DNA from: Bacteroidales bacterium
GTDB lineage: Bacteria; Bacteroidota; Bacteroidia; Bacteroidales; UBA7960
Reading direction: 5' to 3'
Length of the DNA stretch: 38,489 nucleotides
Assembly: GCA_007128045.1 (NCBI GenBank)
Contig: SKYG01000294.1
Location: 1 to 38,489 of the forward strand
A program made the position numbers and the translations under genes. Under the pieces are notes generated by a model that did not search any database, was not told the origin of the DNA, and saw nothing but the letters and a program-made list of their open reading frames with translations. Below are positions 8,563-17,610 of this stretch, in pieces; positions within the stretch are counted from its first letter, which is position 1, and each line of letters begins with the position of its first letter.

Positions 8563-9070
8563 AAAACGGCCAGAAGTTGTTATCATACCAAACCTGTTCG
8601 GTAAGTTGCTTATTCAAATCAAGCAACATTTTATGGTGGCCTTTCTCCCAATTGGCAAGCCACTCGTAGAGTTCCTTCTCATTGGGATCAGAAGCTTCCC
8701 TGGCCCTGGAGGCATATACCTCAATAGATTTCGACTCCATGTCGATGGCTGCAGAAATGGCAGCTGCCTCAAATCCGGCCCCAGAAATATCCTTTTTAAT
8801 AGAATCGGTAAGAATTAAACCGGCAATATGTTCATTGGAAGCATCCTCTTCAAATGAAAGCACATCGAAAGAACCTGTCTTCTTGTAGTTCTTAAATTGC
8901 TTAAGCAGAAAATCTATGTGCAACTGTTCTTCATCGGCCATGATGCTGAAAATTTTTCTCACATCAGCACTCTCTGTTTGTTCAGCTACCTTGGTGTAAA
9001 GTGCTTTTCCGCGATGCTCCATGATCACTGCCTGCTTTAAAACATCTATAACTTGTTCTGATTTAGTCAT
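8561..9070 (-). CDS. ferritin-like / rubrerythrin-family di-iron protein
   Basis: The 169-aa product has two helical halves, each with an E...ExxH pattern (ADEEQLHIDF and ANWEKGHHKM). Confidence 0.65.
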   Translation of the reverse strand: MTKSEQVIDVLKQAVIMEHRGKALYTKVAEQTESADVRKIFSIMADEEQLHIDFLLKQFKNYKKTGSFDVLSFEEDASNEHIAGLILTDSIKKDISGAGFEAAAISAAIDMESKSIEVYASRAREASDPNEKELYEWLANWEKGHHKMLLDLNKQLTEQVWYDNNFWPF

Positions 9071-9109
9071 TTAAACAGTTTTTTATATATAAGGGTAAAC
9101 TAACACAAA

Positions 9110-9117
9110 CAAAAATA
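9110..9117 (-). promoter_or_regulatory. candidate Bacteroidota -7 box (TATTTTTG on the minus strand) for the ferritin-like gene
   Basis: Matches TAnnTTTG about 40 nt upstream of the ATG at 9070. Confidence 0.35.
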
Positions 9118-9168
9118 GACATTTTCAGAACAAAAAACCGAAGAAAGTGCTGTTTCAGGGAAAACAAG

Positions 9169-9176
9169 TAACTTTG
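9169..9176 (+). promoter_or_regulatory. candidate -7 box TAACTTTG for the AmgK-like gene
   Basis: Matches TAnnTTTG about 30 nt upstream of the ATG at 9207. Confidence 0.35.
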
Positions 9177-9206
9177 TCTTATAAAAATTGGTCGTAAAAG
9201 AAACAT

Positions 9207-10640
9207 ATGCATTGGTCGATTGAGCGTATAGTACTGGCACTGTATCATAAATGGCATGGCGATGCGCCGGTACATATTATTGAATTACCCCTTTCTGGCT
9301 CCAGCCGCCAGTATTTCAGGCTAAGTACTGAAGAACACAGCTATATCGCAGCCTTTAATACCGATGTGAAAGAAAACAAAGCCTTTCTTACCATGACGAG
9401 GCATTTTCATCGGCTGGGCTTCCCCGTACCAGAGATACTTGCCGTCGATGATGATGAACATGCCTACCTGCTGTCAGACCTTGGCGACACCACGTTGTTC
9501 TCCCTGCTGCCACATGGCCAGCCTGACAAACAATTCGACCACCGAATCATCAACCTGTATAAAAAAACGATCGAATGGCTGCCAGCCTTTCAAGTAAAGG
9601 GCGCTGAAGACATGGATTTCAACGTTTGTTATCCACGACACGCTTTTGACAAGCATTCAATGATGTGGGACCTGAATTATTTCAAATACTATTTTCTAAA
9701 AACTTCAGGTATCGCATTCGATGAACAAAAGCTCGAAGACAGCTTTGACCTGTTCGTTACCCGGTTACTTGAAGCACCCCGCGAGTTTTTCATGTATCGC
9801 GACTTTCAGTCAAGAAATGTAATGGTGATTGATGACCAGCCATTTTTTATAGACTACCAGGGAGGCAGAAAAGGTGCCCTACAATACGATATTGCATCCA
9901 TGTTGTTCGATGCCAAAGCCAATCTTCCTTTCGACCTTAGACAACATTTACTGGAACACTATATAGGCGAATTATCGAACATTACACGTGTCGATGAACA
10001 TCAGTTCAGATCAGTATATTATGACTTTGTTCTGATCCGGATCATGCAGGCACTGGCTACCTACGGCTTCAGAGGTGGCGTTGAAAAGAAGCCGCTTTTT
10101 CTGCAAAGTATGCCTTTTGCACTAAACAATCTGAAGTGGCTTGCTGATAACCACCTGCTGCCAACATACAACCCTTACCTGTGCGATCTTATCACAAGAA
10201 TTGCTGCCACAGCCCCTGATATTGCAGAGCAACCAACAAAAGAAGGGCTTACCATTACCATCAGAAGCTTTTCTTACCGGCAAGGCATCCCTGCTGATTC
10301 TTCGGGAAATGGTGGCGGGTTCGTGTTCGACTGCAGGGTGCTGCCAAACCCTGGCCGGCAGAACCAGTATAAAATGCTTACAGGCAAAGACCCGGACGTG
10401 GTGAGTTTCCTCGAAAGAAATCAGGAAGCTAAGGAGTTCTTTGGAATGGCTTCCGCAATGACCAGCAATGCGATAAAGAACTATCTTAACAGAGGCCACA
10501 CAAGCCTGATGATAAGCTTCGGATGCACGGGAGGACAACACAGATCAGTTTACTGCGCGGAGAAACTGGCAAAAACAATCAGCGATAACTATAACGTACA
10601 TGTTGACCTGCAACATATGGAAGAGAAAAACTGGCCGTAA
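9207..10640 (+). CDS. fusion protein: N-terminal APH-fold anomeric sugar kinase (AmgK-like), C-terminal RapZ C-terminal-like domain
   Basis: The N-terminal ~340 aa have LSGSSRQYFRL, YRDFQSRNVMV and FIDYQGGRKGALQYDIASML, an aminoglycoside-phosphotransferase/AmgK-type pattern. The C-terminal ~130 aa (from ~10246) read LTITIRSFSYRQGIP...FVFDCRVLPNPGRQNQYKMLTGKDPDVVSFL...ISFGCTGGQHRSVYCAEKLA. By eye this aligns closely with the E. coli RapZ C-terminal domain (FDVRFLPNP...LTG.D..V..FL...IGCTGGKHRSV). Confidence 0.8.
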   Translation: MHWSIERIVLALYHKWHGDAPVHIIELPLSGSSRQYFRLSTEEHSYIAAFNTDVKENKAFLTMTRHFHRLGFPVPEILAVDDDEHAYLLSDLGDTTLFSLLPHGQPDKQFDHRIINLYKKTIEWLPAFQVKGAEDMDFNVCYPRHAFDKHSMMWDLNYFKYYFLKTSGIAFDEQKLEDSFDLFVTRLLEAPREFFMYRDFQSRNVMVIDDQPFFIDYQGGRKGALQYDIASMLFDAKANLPFDLRQHLLEHYIGELSNITRVDEHQFRSVYYDFVLIRIMQALATYGFRGGVEKKPLFLQSMPFALNNLKWLADNHLLPTYNPYLCDLITRIAATAPDIAEQPTKEGLTITIRSFSYRQGIPADSSGNGGGFVFDCRVLPNPGRQNQYKMLTGKDPDVVSFLERNQEAKEFFGMASAMTSNAIKNYLNRGHTSLMISFGCTGGQHRSVYCAEKLAKTISDNYNVHVDLQHMEEKNWP

Positions 10641-10646
10641 CAAGTG

Positions 10647-10694
10647 TTGAATTGTTGAACTGTTGAATTGTTGAATTGTTGAATTGTTGAATTG
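10647..10694. repeat. 6 tandem 8-nt units TTGAATTG (one is TTGAACTG)
   Basis: Read directly. The array starts 6 nt after the stop of the AmgK-like gene. Confidence 0.95.
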
Positions 10695-10700
10695 TTTGCC

Positions 10701-10826
10701 ATGGGAGATAACAAACGGTGTAAGTCATCTAACAAAGAAGATTCCCAAAAGGGGAAATATGCATGCAAAAAATGCGGTCTTAAAGCCAGCAAGGAAAAGC
10801 ATTTGTGCAAACCCAAAAAAGGATGA
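10701..10826 (+). CDS. possible small Lys/Cys-rich protein (41 aa), zinc-knuckle-like
   Basis: Below the ORF-track size cutoff. My translation is MGDNKRCKSSNKEDSQKGKYACKKCGLKASKEKHLCKPKKG, with CxxC (C22, C25) followed by HxC (H34, C36). It has ATG and TGA and sits exactly between two repeat arrays. The region is A-rich, so chance is not excluded. Confidence 0.35.
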   Translation: MGDNKRCKSSNKEDSQKGKYACKKCGLKASKEKHLCKPKKG

Positions 10827-10828
10827 CA

Positions 10829-10860
10829 GACTTTTGACCTTCGACTTTGGACTTTCGACT
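10829..10860. repeat. 4.5 tandem 7-nt units GACTTTT GACCTTC GACTTTG GACTTTC GACT (complement of the GTCGAAGG family)
   Basis: Read directly. The array ends 13 nt before the murU-like ATG, followed by AAATTTTAAACAC. Confidence 0.9.
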
Positions 10861-10873
10861 AAATTTTAAACAC

Positions 10874-11731
10874 ATGAAAGCAATGATTCTTGCCGCAGGT
10901 CTCGGCACACGGCTCAGACCATACACCAATACCACCCCAAAAGCCCTCCTAACGGTCGGAGAAAAAACCATGCTGCAGATAGTGTCTGAAAAACTGATCG
11001 ATGCCGGCGTATCAGATATCGTTGTAAACGTTCACCATCACGCAGAACAGATGAAATCAGCCATACACAACCTACAACATCCCGGTATCAGATTTCATAT
11101 CTCCGACGAAACAGACCTGCTCCTCGACACGGGAGGCGGCATCAAAAAAGCCAGGCATCTGCTTGATGGCAATCAGGCCTTCCTGGTCTACAATATCGAC
11201 ATCCTGTGTGACATTGATCTGAAAATGATGCTTACGACACATACAAATTCAGGTGCGCTGGCTACATTGGCGGTAAGTAACAGGGAGGCCTCACGCTATT
11301 TTCTGTGGAAGCAAGGCCTGCTGTACGGCTGGCAACATACTGAAACCGGAGAGACCATCCTATGCCACAAAAAAGGCGTTGTGGAGGAAAACATGCATTC
11401 AAGACACCAAAAAGACAATACAAAATCACGCCCCGGAAGCCCTTCTGATGAACACCCGGCAACGATTAACGACGAAGAACAACCAGAAACAATACAATAT
11501 CAACATTATGAAGCCACTTTTGTGAAAAAGGCATTTAGCGGTATCCATATTCTCGAACCCGCCATATTCGACCTGATTGACGAAACCGGAGTGTTCTCCA
11601 TCAAAGATGTGTACCTCCGGCTGGCAGGCAATCATCCCATAACATGCTTTGAACATGACCACAAAACATGGATCGACATAGGCACACCCGAGAAACTGGC
11701 CCGCGCGCGAAAATCTTATAACTCCAAATGA
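10874..11731 (+). CDS. murU: sugar-1-phosphate nucleotidyltransferase, MurU-like (MurNAc-1-P uridylyltransferase candidate)
   Basis: MKAMILAAGLGTRLRPYTNTTPKALL N-terminal nucleotidyltransferase motif, next to an AmgK-like kinase. The start is taken at the ATG at 10874 because upstream track codons lie in repeat. It contains a charged ~50-aa insertion (about 11366-11521). Confidence 0.7.
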   Translation: MKAMILAAGLGTRLRPYTNTTPKALLTVGEKTMLQIVSEKLIDAGVSDIVVNVHHHAEQMKSAIHNLQHPGIRFHISDETDLLLDTGGGIKKARHLLDGNQAFLVYNIDILCDIDLKMMLTTHTNSGALATLAVSNREASRYFLWKQGLLYGWQHTETGETILCHKKGVVEENMHSRHQKDNTKSRPGSPSDEHPATINDEEQPETIQYQHYEATFVKKAFSGIHILEPAIFDLIDETGVFSIKDVYLRLAGNHPITCFEHDHKTWIDIGTPEKLARARKSYNSK

Positions 11732-11770
11732 ACCCGTTAAACTGGAATACCGTTAATCAGGGAACCTCGA

Positions 11771-11840
11771 TCTGTAGGGGATCTCTCACTTCGTTCGAGA
11801 TGACGGGTGCTATGAACCCGCAACTCATAACTCACAACCC
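11771..11840. repeat. composite REP-like module: TCTGTAGG, then GGGATCTCTCACTTCGTTCGAGA, then GAACCCGCAACTCATAACTCACAACCC, abutting the next ATG
   Basis: Read directly. Positions 11778-11800 are the exact reverse complement of 8501-8523. The AACCCGCAACTC-type words are complements of the GTTGCGG words at 24040-24060. TCTGTAGGGG also occurs at 27954-27963. Confidence 0.85.
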
Positions 11841-14717
11841 ATGACAAAACCATTCCTCGAAGAAATTGCTGATTATGTATTTGAGCAGTATGGAGATCAA
11901 ACGGGCGACATATGCCTGGTAACCCCAAACAGAAGGGCCGGCTTGTTTTTCAGAAAATATTTCTCACAGCGGGTAGTGAAACCGGTATGGGCTCCGGAGG
12001 TTTTAAGTATTGAAGATTTCATAAACCGAATCAGCGGCATGAAGGTTTGTGATTCCACAAGTATACTATTTACCTTCTTCGAGCTTTACTGCGACCTGGA
12101 AAAAGACAAGGCACAAGACATTGATGAATTTTCATTATGGGCTCCCGTGCTGTTAAACGATTTTGATGAGATTGATGCAAATATAGCAGATACGGAATCG
12201 CTTTTTGATTACCTGCATGATGTCAAACGTATTGAAACCTGGAATCCTGATGGCGCCCCATTAACAGACTTCCAGAAAAAATACCTGGCTTTCTTTTCCA
12301 GGTTAAAAGCATGGCATCGCCATTTGACAGAACACCTGATTACAGCCAACCAGGCATACCAGGGTCTTTCTTCAAAACAGGCCACCAAAAAGGTAGAATC
12401 GGATAGTTACAAGTTACCCTGGCAAAAAGCATTGTTTGTAGGGTTCAACGCGCTCAACCATTCGGAAGAGCTCATCATCAGCACCTTACTAAGAAAAGGG
12501 CAAGCAGTGTACCTTCCAGACTCTGACCCCTATTATACCGACGACACAGACCATGAAGCCGGACTGTTTATCAGAAAATACCAGAAGAAATTCGGCCATA
12601 CAATAAACAAGGACAACACCTTCATCACAGGCCTGAAAAAACAGATCACCATACTGGGAATTGCAAAGAATGTAAATCAGGCGCGCCTGGCGGGAAACAT
12701 CCTGCAGCAACGAAAAGAGCTCAAACCAAATATTGACACTGCTATTGTGCTGGCCAATGAGCAACTGCTGATCCCAACCCTGAATGCACTTCCCCACGAT
12801 GCGGAGAGTATCAATGTCACCATGGGATACCCCTTGAATAAAACAAACATATTCGGTTTTTTCGATGCCTTGTGGAAGTTACAATTAAATGCAACAATCA
12901 CTGAAAAAGAGAACAGCACCTCAGAAATCTGCTTTTACCATAAAGACCTGATCCGTTTTCTGAACCATTCTATATGCTCTTTATTGTGGGATGGTGAAGG
13001 TGCCGAAAAGCTCATCACTTCAGTAATACAACAGATAAAACAATCAAATAAGGCATTCCTCGGCGTGGAGGAGTTTTTTGCATTCTTTGAAAAAACAGAG
13101 GGCATACCTGATCCATTGTCCTGTTTGCAATTTAACTGGAGCAACAACAAGGCAGGCATCTTCCCTTCACTCCTGAATATAGTTGGGCGCCTTGATCAGG
13201 CATTCAGAGACAAGGCCGCCAAACAGGGCAAAGACATCCTGCATACACCATATTTTATTGACTTCGAAGCCCTGTATTTTTTCTCCACACTGTTACGGCG
13301 GTTAAACTCTTTTTTGCTTAGATATCCTTTTCTCCAGTCATTGCAAACGATCTACAAATTATACAAACAGCTTACCCAGGAAACATCGCTGGCATTTTCC
13401 GGCGAGCCTTTGCAAGGGATGCAGGTTATGGGTATGCTGGAAACACGAAGCCTCGACTTTAAAAACATCATATTGCTGTCTGCAAACGAAAATATTCTCC
13501 CACGACCCAAAACCAACAATTCCTTTTTACCATTCGACATAAGAAAGAAGTTCGGGATGCAGGTACATACTGACAAAGACGCCATATATGCTTATCACTT
13601 TTACCGTTTATTGCAAAGGGCACAAAATATATACCTGATTTACAACACCCAATCAGAAGATATAGGTACTAATGAAAAAAGCCGATTCATCACACAGCTA
13701 CAAATGGAGCTGCCTGGTCGTGCACCACACATCACCATTACAGAACAAATCATAGCACTCCCTCCGCCGGCCATGGTCATGCAACACGACTTCCGGGTTT
13801 TTAAAGACAAGGATATATCAGACCGGTTGATCGCCATGAGCCAGAACGGACTGTCACCCTCAGCGCTAAACACCTACATCAATTGCAGCTTGCAGTTCTA
13901 TTTCACCAGGGTAGCACGACTGGAAGAACCACAAGGCATGGAGGAGACATTGGAATCTGCCACGATGGGAACAGTGGTGCATGGCATACTGGAAACATTG
14001 TACAGACCATTGACAGGAAAACACCTGGAAGCACATAATATTGAAACCATGCGCAAACAAACAGATGACGTGACACGTCGGATATTTGAAGCGCATTACC
14101 CGGGAGGCAATGTGTCATCAGGAAAGAATTTGTTGCTTTTTAACCTGGCCAAACGATATACCTCCAATTTTTTAAACGCTGAATCTGCCTATTTAAAAAC
14201 CATCAATGGCCATTCTATCAAGGTACTTGCTCTCGAGGAGGAATTGGAGGGCACCATAGATGTCCTCATCAATGGGTCGCCTGTAAAAGTTAAGATAAGA
14301 GGAAAAGCCGACCGCATTGATCAGGTCGGACCAACCATCCGTGTTATTGATTACAAAACAGGCAAGATAAAAAGAAATGAGCTGAAGTTTCCTGACTGGG
14401 CCCAGGTGTCGACCGACGGACAATTTGGAAAAGCTTTTCAGCTTTTAAGCTACGCCTGGCTTTATAGCCGGAAATATCCAAAGGCAACACAGATAGAACC
14501 AGGCATCTATAGTCTGAGGGAGACCAAAAAAGGCCTGCAAACACTAACCATTCCTGATGGAGACAGCATCCTGAACCCAGGTAATCTGGATATGTTTACT
14601 GAACAACTTTCAGCATTAATACAAGCCATCCTGGATAACCAAATACCATTTGGGCAAACTGCCAACGAAAACAATTGCACCTACTGCCCGTTTAAGGTAT
14701 ATTGCAGACGGTTTTAA
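11841..14717 (+). CDS. PD-(D/E)XK nuclease family protein, AddB-like (inactivated helicase-like N-terminus plus C-terminal nuclease with Cys cluster)
   Basis: 958-aa ORF with C-terminal GKADRIDQVG..IRVIDYKTGK (PD-(D/E)XK core) and NNCTYCPFKVYC (AddB/Cas4-type Fe-S cysteines). No partner AddA/UvrD-like helicase is present in the window. Confidence 0.7.
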   Translation: MTKPFLEEIADYVFEQYGDQTGDICLVTPNRRAGLFFRKYFSQRVVKPVWAPEVLSIEDFINRISGMKVCDSTSILFTFFELYCDLEKDKAQDIDEFSLWAPVLLNDFDEIDANIADTESLFDYLHDVKRIETWNPDGAPLTDFQKKYLAFFSRLKAWHRHLTEHLITANQAYQGLSSKQATKKVESDSYKLPWQKALFVGFNALNHSEELIISTLLRKGQAVYLPDSDPYYTDDTDHEAGLFIRKYQKKFGHTINKDNTFITGLKKQITILGIAKNVNQARLAGNILQQRKELKPNIDTAIVLANEQLLIPTLNALPHDAESINVTMGYPLNKTNIFGFFDALWKLQLNATITEKENSTSEICFYHKDLIRFLNHSICSLLWDGEGAEKLITSVIQQIKQSNKAFLGVEEFFAFFEKTEGIPDPLSCLQFNWSNNKAGIFPSLLNIVGRLDQAFRDKAAKQGKDILHTPYFIDFEALYFFSTLLRRLNSFLLRYPFLQSLQTIYKLYKQLTQETSLAFSGEPLQGMQVMGMLETRSLDFKNIILLSANENILPRPKTNNSFLPFDIRKKFGMQVHTDKDAIYAYHFYRLLQRAQNIYLIYNTQSEDIGTNEKSRFITQLQMELPGRAPHITITEQIIALPPPAMVMQHDFRVFKDKDISDRLIAMSQNGLSPSALNTYINCSLQFYFTRVARLEEPQGMEETLESATMGTVVHGILETLYRPLTGKHLEAHNIETMRKQTDDVTRRIFEAHYPGGNVSSGKNLLLFNLAKRYTSNFLNAESAYLKTINGHSIKVLALEEELEGTIDVLINGSPVKVKIRGKADRIDQVGPTIRVIDYKTGKIKRNELKFPDWAQVSTDGQFGKAFQLLSYAWLYSRKYPKATQIEPGIYSLRETKKGLQTLTIPDGDSILNPGNLDMFTEQLSALIQAILDNQIPFGQTANENNCTYCPFKVYCRRF

Positions 14718-17332
14718 GAAATAGCCTTTCTGCTTTCACTGATAGCTTTGTCAAGGCCCTGTAGATTTTTTCCCCCGGCAGTTGCAAAAAATGGCTGGCC
14801 GCCGCCACCACCATCAATAAATTTGGCGAGCTCCCGCACCAGATTGCCTGCATGCAAATCTTTCGAATGTACCAAAGAATCAGACACCATCACTGTAATG
14901 CCTGGTTTACCCTCATATTCATGTCCCAACACCAAAAACAGGTCGTTTAGCTTTTCCTTGATGGCAAATGCCAGGTCTTTCACTGTTTTGGGTTCCATAG
15001 TCAGACGTGCTGACAGGTAATTTACCCCATTGAGGGTCTCCACATCCTGTATCAGATCGGCAGCCAATTGCCGGATTCGCAGGTGCTCCAGCTCTTCTAA
15101 TTTCTTTTTAAGGAGCTCTTGCTGTTCCATGAGCTGATTAATGGCACGTAAACTATCTTTGGGATGCTTCAATGCAGTACGAATGGCTTCCATTTCCTCC
15201 AGCTTGCTATTGACAAATTCTTCTGCCCTGATGCCTGTCAGCGCCTCCAGCCGCCTGATCCCCGCAGCAATGGCACCCTCACTGGAAATTTTGAACAATC
15301 CGATCTGGCCTGTAGCATTTACGTGCGTTCCTCCGCATAACTCAGCAGAATATCTCTTGTCGAATGCCACCACCCTGACACGTTCGCCATATTTCTCACC
15401 AAAAAGACCTACAGCCCCCATTTCCAATGCTTCATCCATCAAGACATCACGGTGATCTTCGATGGGTATATTCTCCCTGACCTTCTCATTGACCCTATTT
15501 TCTATGGCAATCAGTTCTTCCTTGGTTAGCTTGCTGAAATGGGAAAAGTCGAACCGCAGGCGTTCCTCGTCAACCAGCGATCCTTTCTGCTGAACGTGCC
15601 CACCAAGAACCTCTCTGAGTGCTGCATGCAACAGATGGGTCGCAGTATGGTTGTTGGCTGTCAGCAACCGTTTGGTCTGGTCTACCTTAGCGTACAATGT
15701 TTCAGGCCATTCATCCGGAATATCTTTGGTGATATGAACGGTCAGGTTATTTTCCTTTTGAGTATCAATAACATCAAAACGTTGACCGTGAACAACAAGT
15801 ACACCACGATCGCCGACCTGCCCGCCGGATTCAGCATAAAAAGGCGTTTGATCCAACACTACCTGGTAGAACACCCTGTCTTTTTCTTTTATTTTCCGGT
15901 ACTTAACCACCGACACATCAGCTTCCAGGCTTTCATAGCCTAAAAACCGGGTTTCTTCAGCCCATGGCTTCAGACTGACCCAATCGTCGGTTTCTTTTAT
16001 TGCCGCCGACCTGCTGCGTGCCTTTTGTGCTTCCATGCCCTGGTTAAACCCTTGCATGTCAACATCCAGGCCTCTTTCACGAGCCATAAGCCGGGTAAGG
16101 TCAACAGGAAACCCATAAGTATCAAACAACTCGAAAGCAAACCCTCCATCAATAAACTTGATGTCAGCATGCTCCTGTACATACAGGTCGAATTTTTGAA
16201 TTCCCATTGCCAATGTCCGGAGAAATGCATGTTCTTCTTCAGTAATCACCTTCACAATCAAATCTTTCTGAGCAAGCAACTCAGGAAATGCCGCTCCCAT
16301 ATGTTCTGCTAAAACAGGCACAAGACTGCCAATGAATGGCTCTCTGAACCCAAGAAAGGTATATCCGTAACGTATGGCACGACGAAGGATTCGTCTGATC
16401 ACGTATCCGGCTTTATTGTTTGATGGCAATTCCCCATCAGCAATGGCAAATGCTACGGCACGAAGGTGGTCGGCCACCACACGCATGGCAACATCTGTTG
16501 CTGGATCATCGCCATAGGTCTTGCCAGCAAGTAAGCTGAGCTTATGAATATAGGGCTGAAACACATCGGTATCGTAGTTTGACTGCTTCCCCTGTAATGC
16601 CATGCACAAACGCTCAAACCCCATCCCTGTATCCACATGTTTTGCAGGCAGGTTCTTTAACGCTCCATTCGCCATGCGGTTAAACTCAATAAATACCAGG
16701 TTCCAAATCTCTACAACCAGCGGGTGATCCTTATTAACAAGCGAATCACCGGGAATGTTGTTTCGTTCATCGTCACCACGCAAGTCGATATGTATCTCTG
16801 AGCAAGGACCACACGGGCCAGTGTCGCCCATCTCCCAGAAATTATCCTTCTTTGACCCATAAAGTATGCGGTCTGCCTCTACATAATCCATCCAAAAACC
16901 ATGCGCCTCATCATCCCTGAGCAAACCATCGGCCTCATCACCACCAAAAACCGTTACGTATAACCTATCCTTCTGCAGACCATACACCTCGGTTAATAAC
17001 TCCCAGGCCCAGGCAATGGCCTCCCGTTTGAAATAATCTCCGAAGCTCCAGTTACCCAGCATCTCAAACATGGTATGATGGTAGGTATCGTGCCCTACCT
17101 CTTCAAGGTCGTTGTGCTTTCCTGATACACGAAGGCATTTTTGTGTGTTGGCAATACGTTTGTATGAGGCCGGAATATTTCCAAGAAATACATCTTTAAA
17201 CTGATTCATCCCGGCATTGGTAAACATCAGCGTAGGGTCATTCTTAACCACCATCGGAGCCGAATGCACAATATGATGATCCTTTGAAGCGAAAAAATCG
17301 AGAAAGGCTTTGCGAACTTGTCTAGCATTCAT
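14714..17332 (-). CDS. alaS: alanine--tRNA ligase
   Basis: The 872-aa product has DPTLMFTNAGMNQFK, the editing-domain HTATHLLH...CGGTH, and a C-terminal DHHA1-like GGGGGQPFFATAGG. Confidence 0.97.
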   Translation of the reverse strand: MNARQVRKAFLDFFASKDHHIVHSAPMVVKNDPTLMFTNAGMNQFKDVFLGNIPASYKRIANTQKCLRVSGKHNDLEEVGHDTYHHTMFEMLGNWSFGDYFKREAIAWAWELLTEVYGLQKDRLYVTVFGGDEADGLLRDDEAHGFWMDYVEADRILYGSKKDNFWEMGDTGPCGPCSEIHIDLRGDDERNNIPGDSLVNKDHPLVVEIWNLVFIEFNRMANGALKNLPAKHVDTGMGFERLCMALQGKQSNYDTDVFQPYIHKLSLLAGKTYGDDPATDVAMRVVADHLRAVAFAIADGELPSNNKAGYVIRRILRRAIRYGYTFLGFREPFIGSLVPVLAEHMGAAFPELLAQKDLIVKVITEEEHAFLRTLAMGIQKFDLYVQEHADIKFIDGGFAFELFDTYGFPVDLTRLMARERGLDVDMQGFNQGMEAQKARSRSAAIKETDDWVSLKPWAEETRFLGYESLEADVSVVKYRKIKEKDRVFYQVVLDQTPFYAESGGQVGDRGVLVVHGQRFDVIDTQKENNLTVHITKDIPDEWPETLYAKVDQTKRLLTANNHTATHLLHAALREVLGGHVQQKGSLVDEERLRFDFSHFSKLTKEELIAIENRVNEKVRENIPIEDHRDVLMDEALEMGAVGLFGEKYGERVRVVAFDKRYSAELCGGTHVNATGQIGLFKISSEGAIAAGIRRLEALTGIRAEEFVNSKLEEMEAIRTALKHPKDSLRAINQLMEQQELLKKKLEELEHLRIRQLAADLIQDVETLNGVNYLSARLTMEPKTVKDLAFAIKEKLNDLFLVLGHEYEGKPGITVMVSDSLVHSKDLHAGNLVRELAKFIDGGGGGQPFFATAGGKNLQGLDKAISESRKAIS

Positions 17333-17388
17333 AAAAGAGGTCTCCTAATGGAATAACAAATTATTAATATTTTTTTCAGATTGACATG

Positions 17389-17396
17389 CAAAATTA
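17389..17396 (-). promoter_or_regulatory. candidate -7 box (TAATTTTG on the minus strand) for alaS
   Basis: Matches TAnnTTTG about 57 nt upstream of the alaS ATG at 17332. Confidence 0.3.
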
Positions 17397-17409
17397 CAGG
17401 TTTTTTCTT

Positions 17410-17417
17410 TAGTTTTG
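17410..17417 (+). promoter_or_regulatory. candidate -7 box TAGTTTTG for the M23 peptidase/merR pair
   Basis: Matches TAnnTTTG but implies a ~190-nt leader, so confidence is low. Confidence 0.25.
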
Positions 17418-17610
17418 CACTGAAGGAAAAGGAGAATCCCTTCCCATCTGCTAAGATGACCAATATGTGTATGTTTTATCTGTCGGCAATATAATACATT
17501 CTGACAGACTCAGTGCCTTTTTGCAGGCATGTTTTGTTTGCAACAGGCCGCTTTATAAAGTACATACACTGCTTGGTTTTGAGTAACAAAGAAGATCACT
17601 GCCAGACATT

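Noticed and set aside
10589-10869. Track ORFs 10589..10816(-) (NNSTIQQFNNSTVQQFN...) and 10684..10869(+)
   Set aside because: Both run through the TTGAATTG and/or GACYTTN arrays and owe their length to repeat periodicity. The 41-aa ORF in a different frame (10701-10826) is the only candidate not built from repeat.
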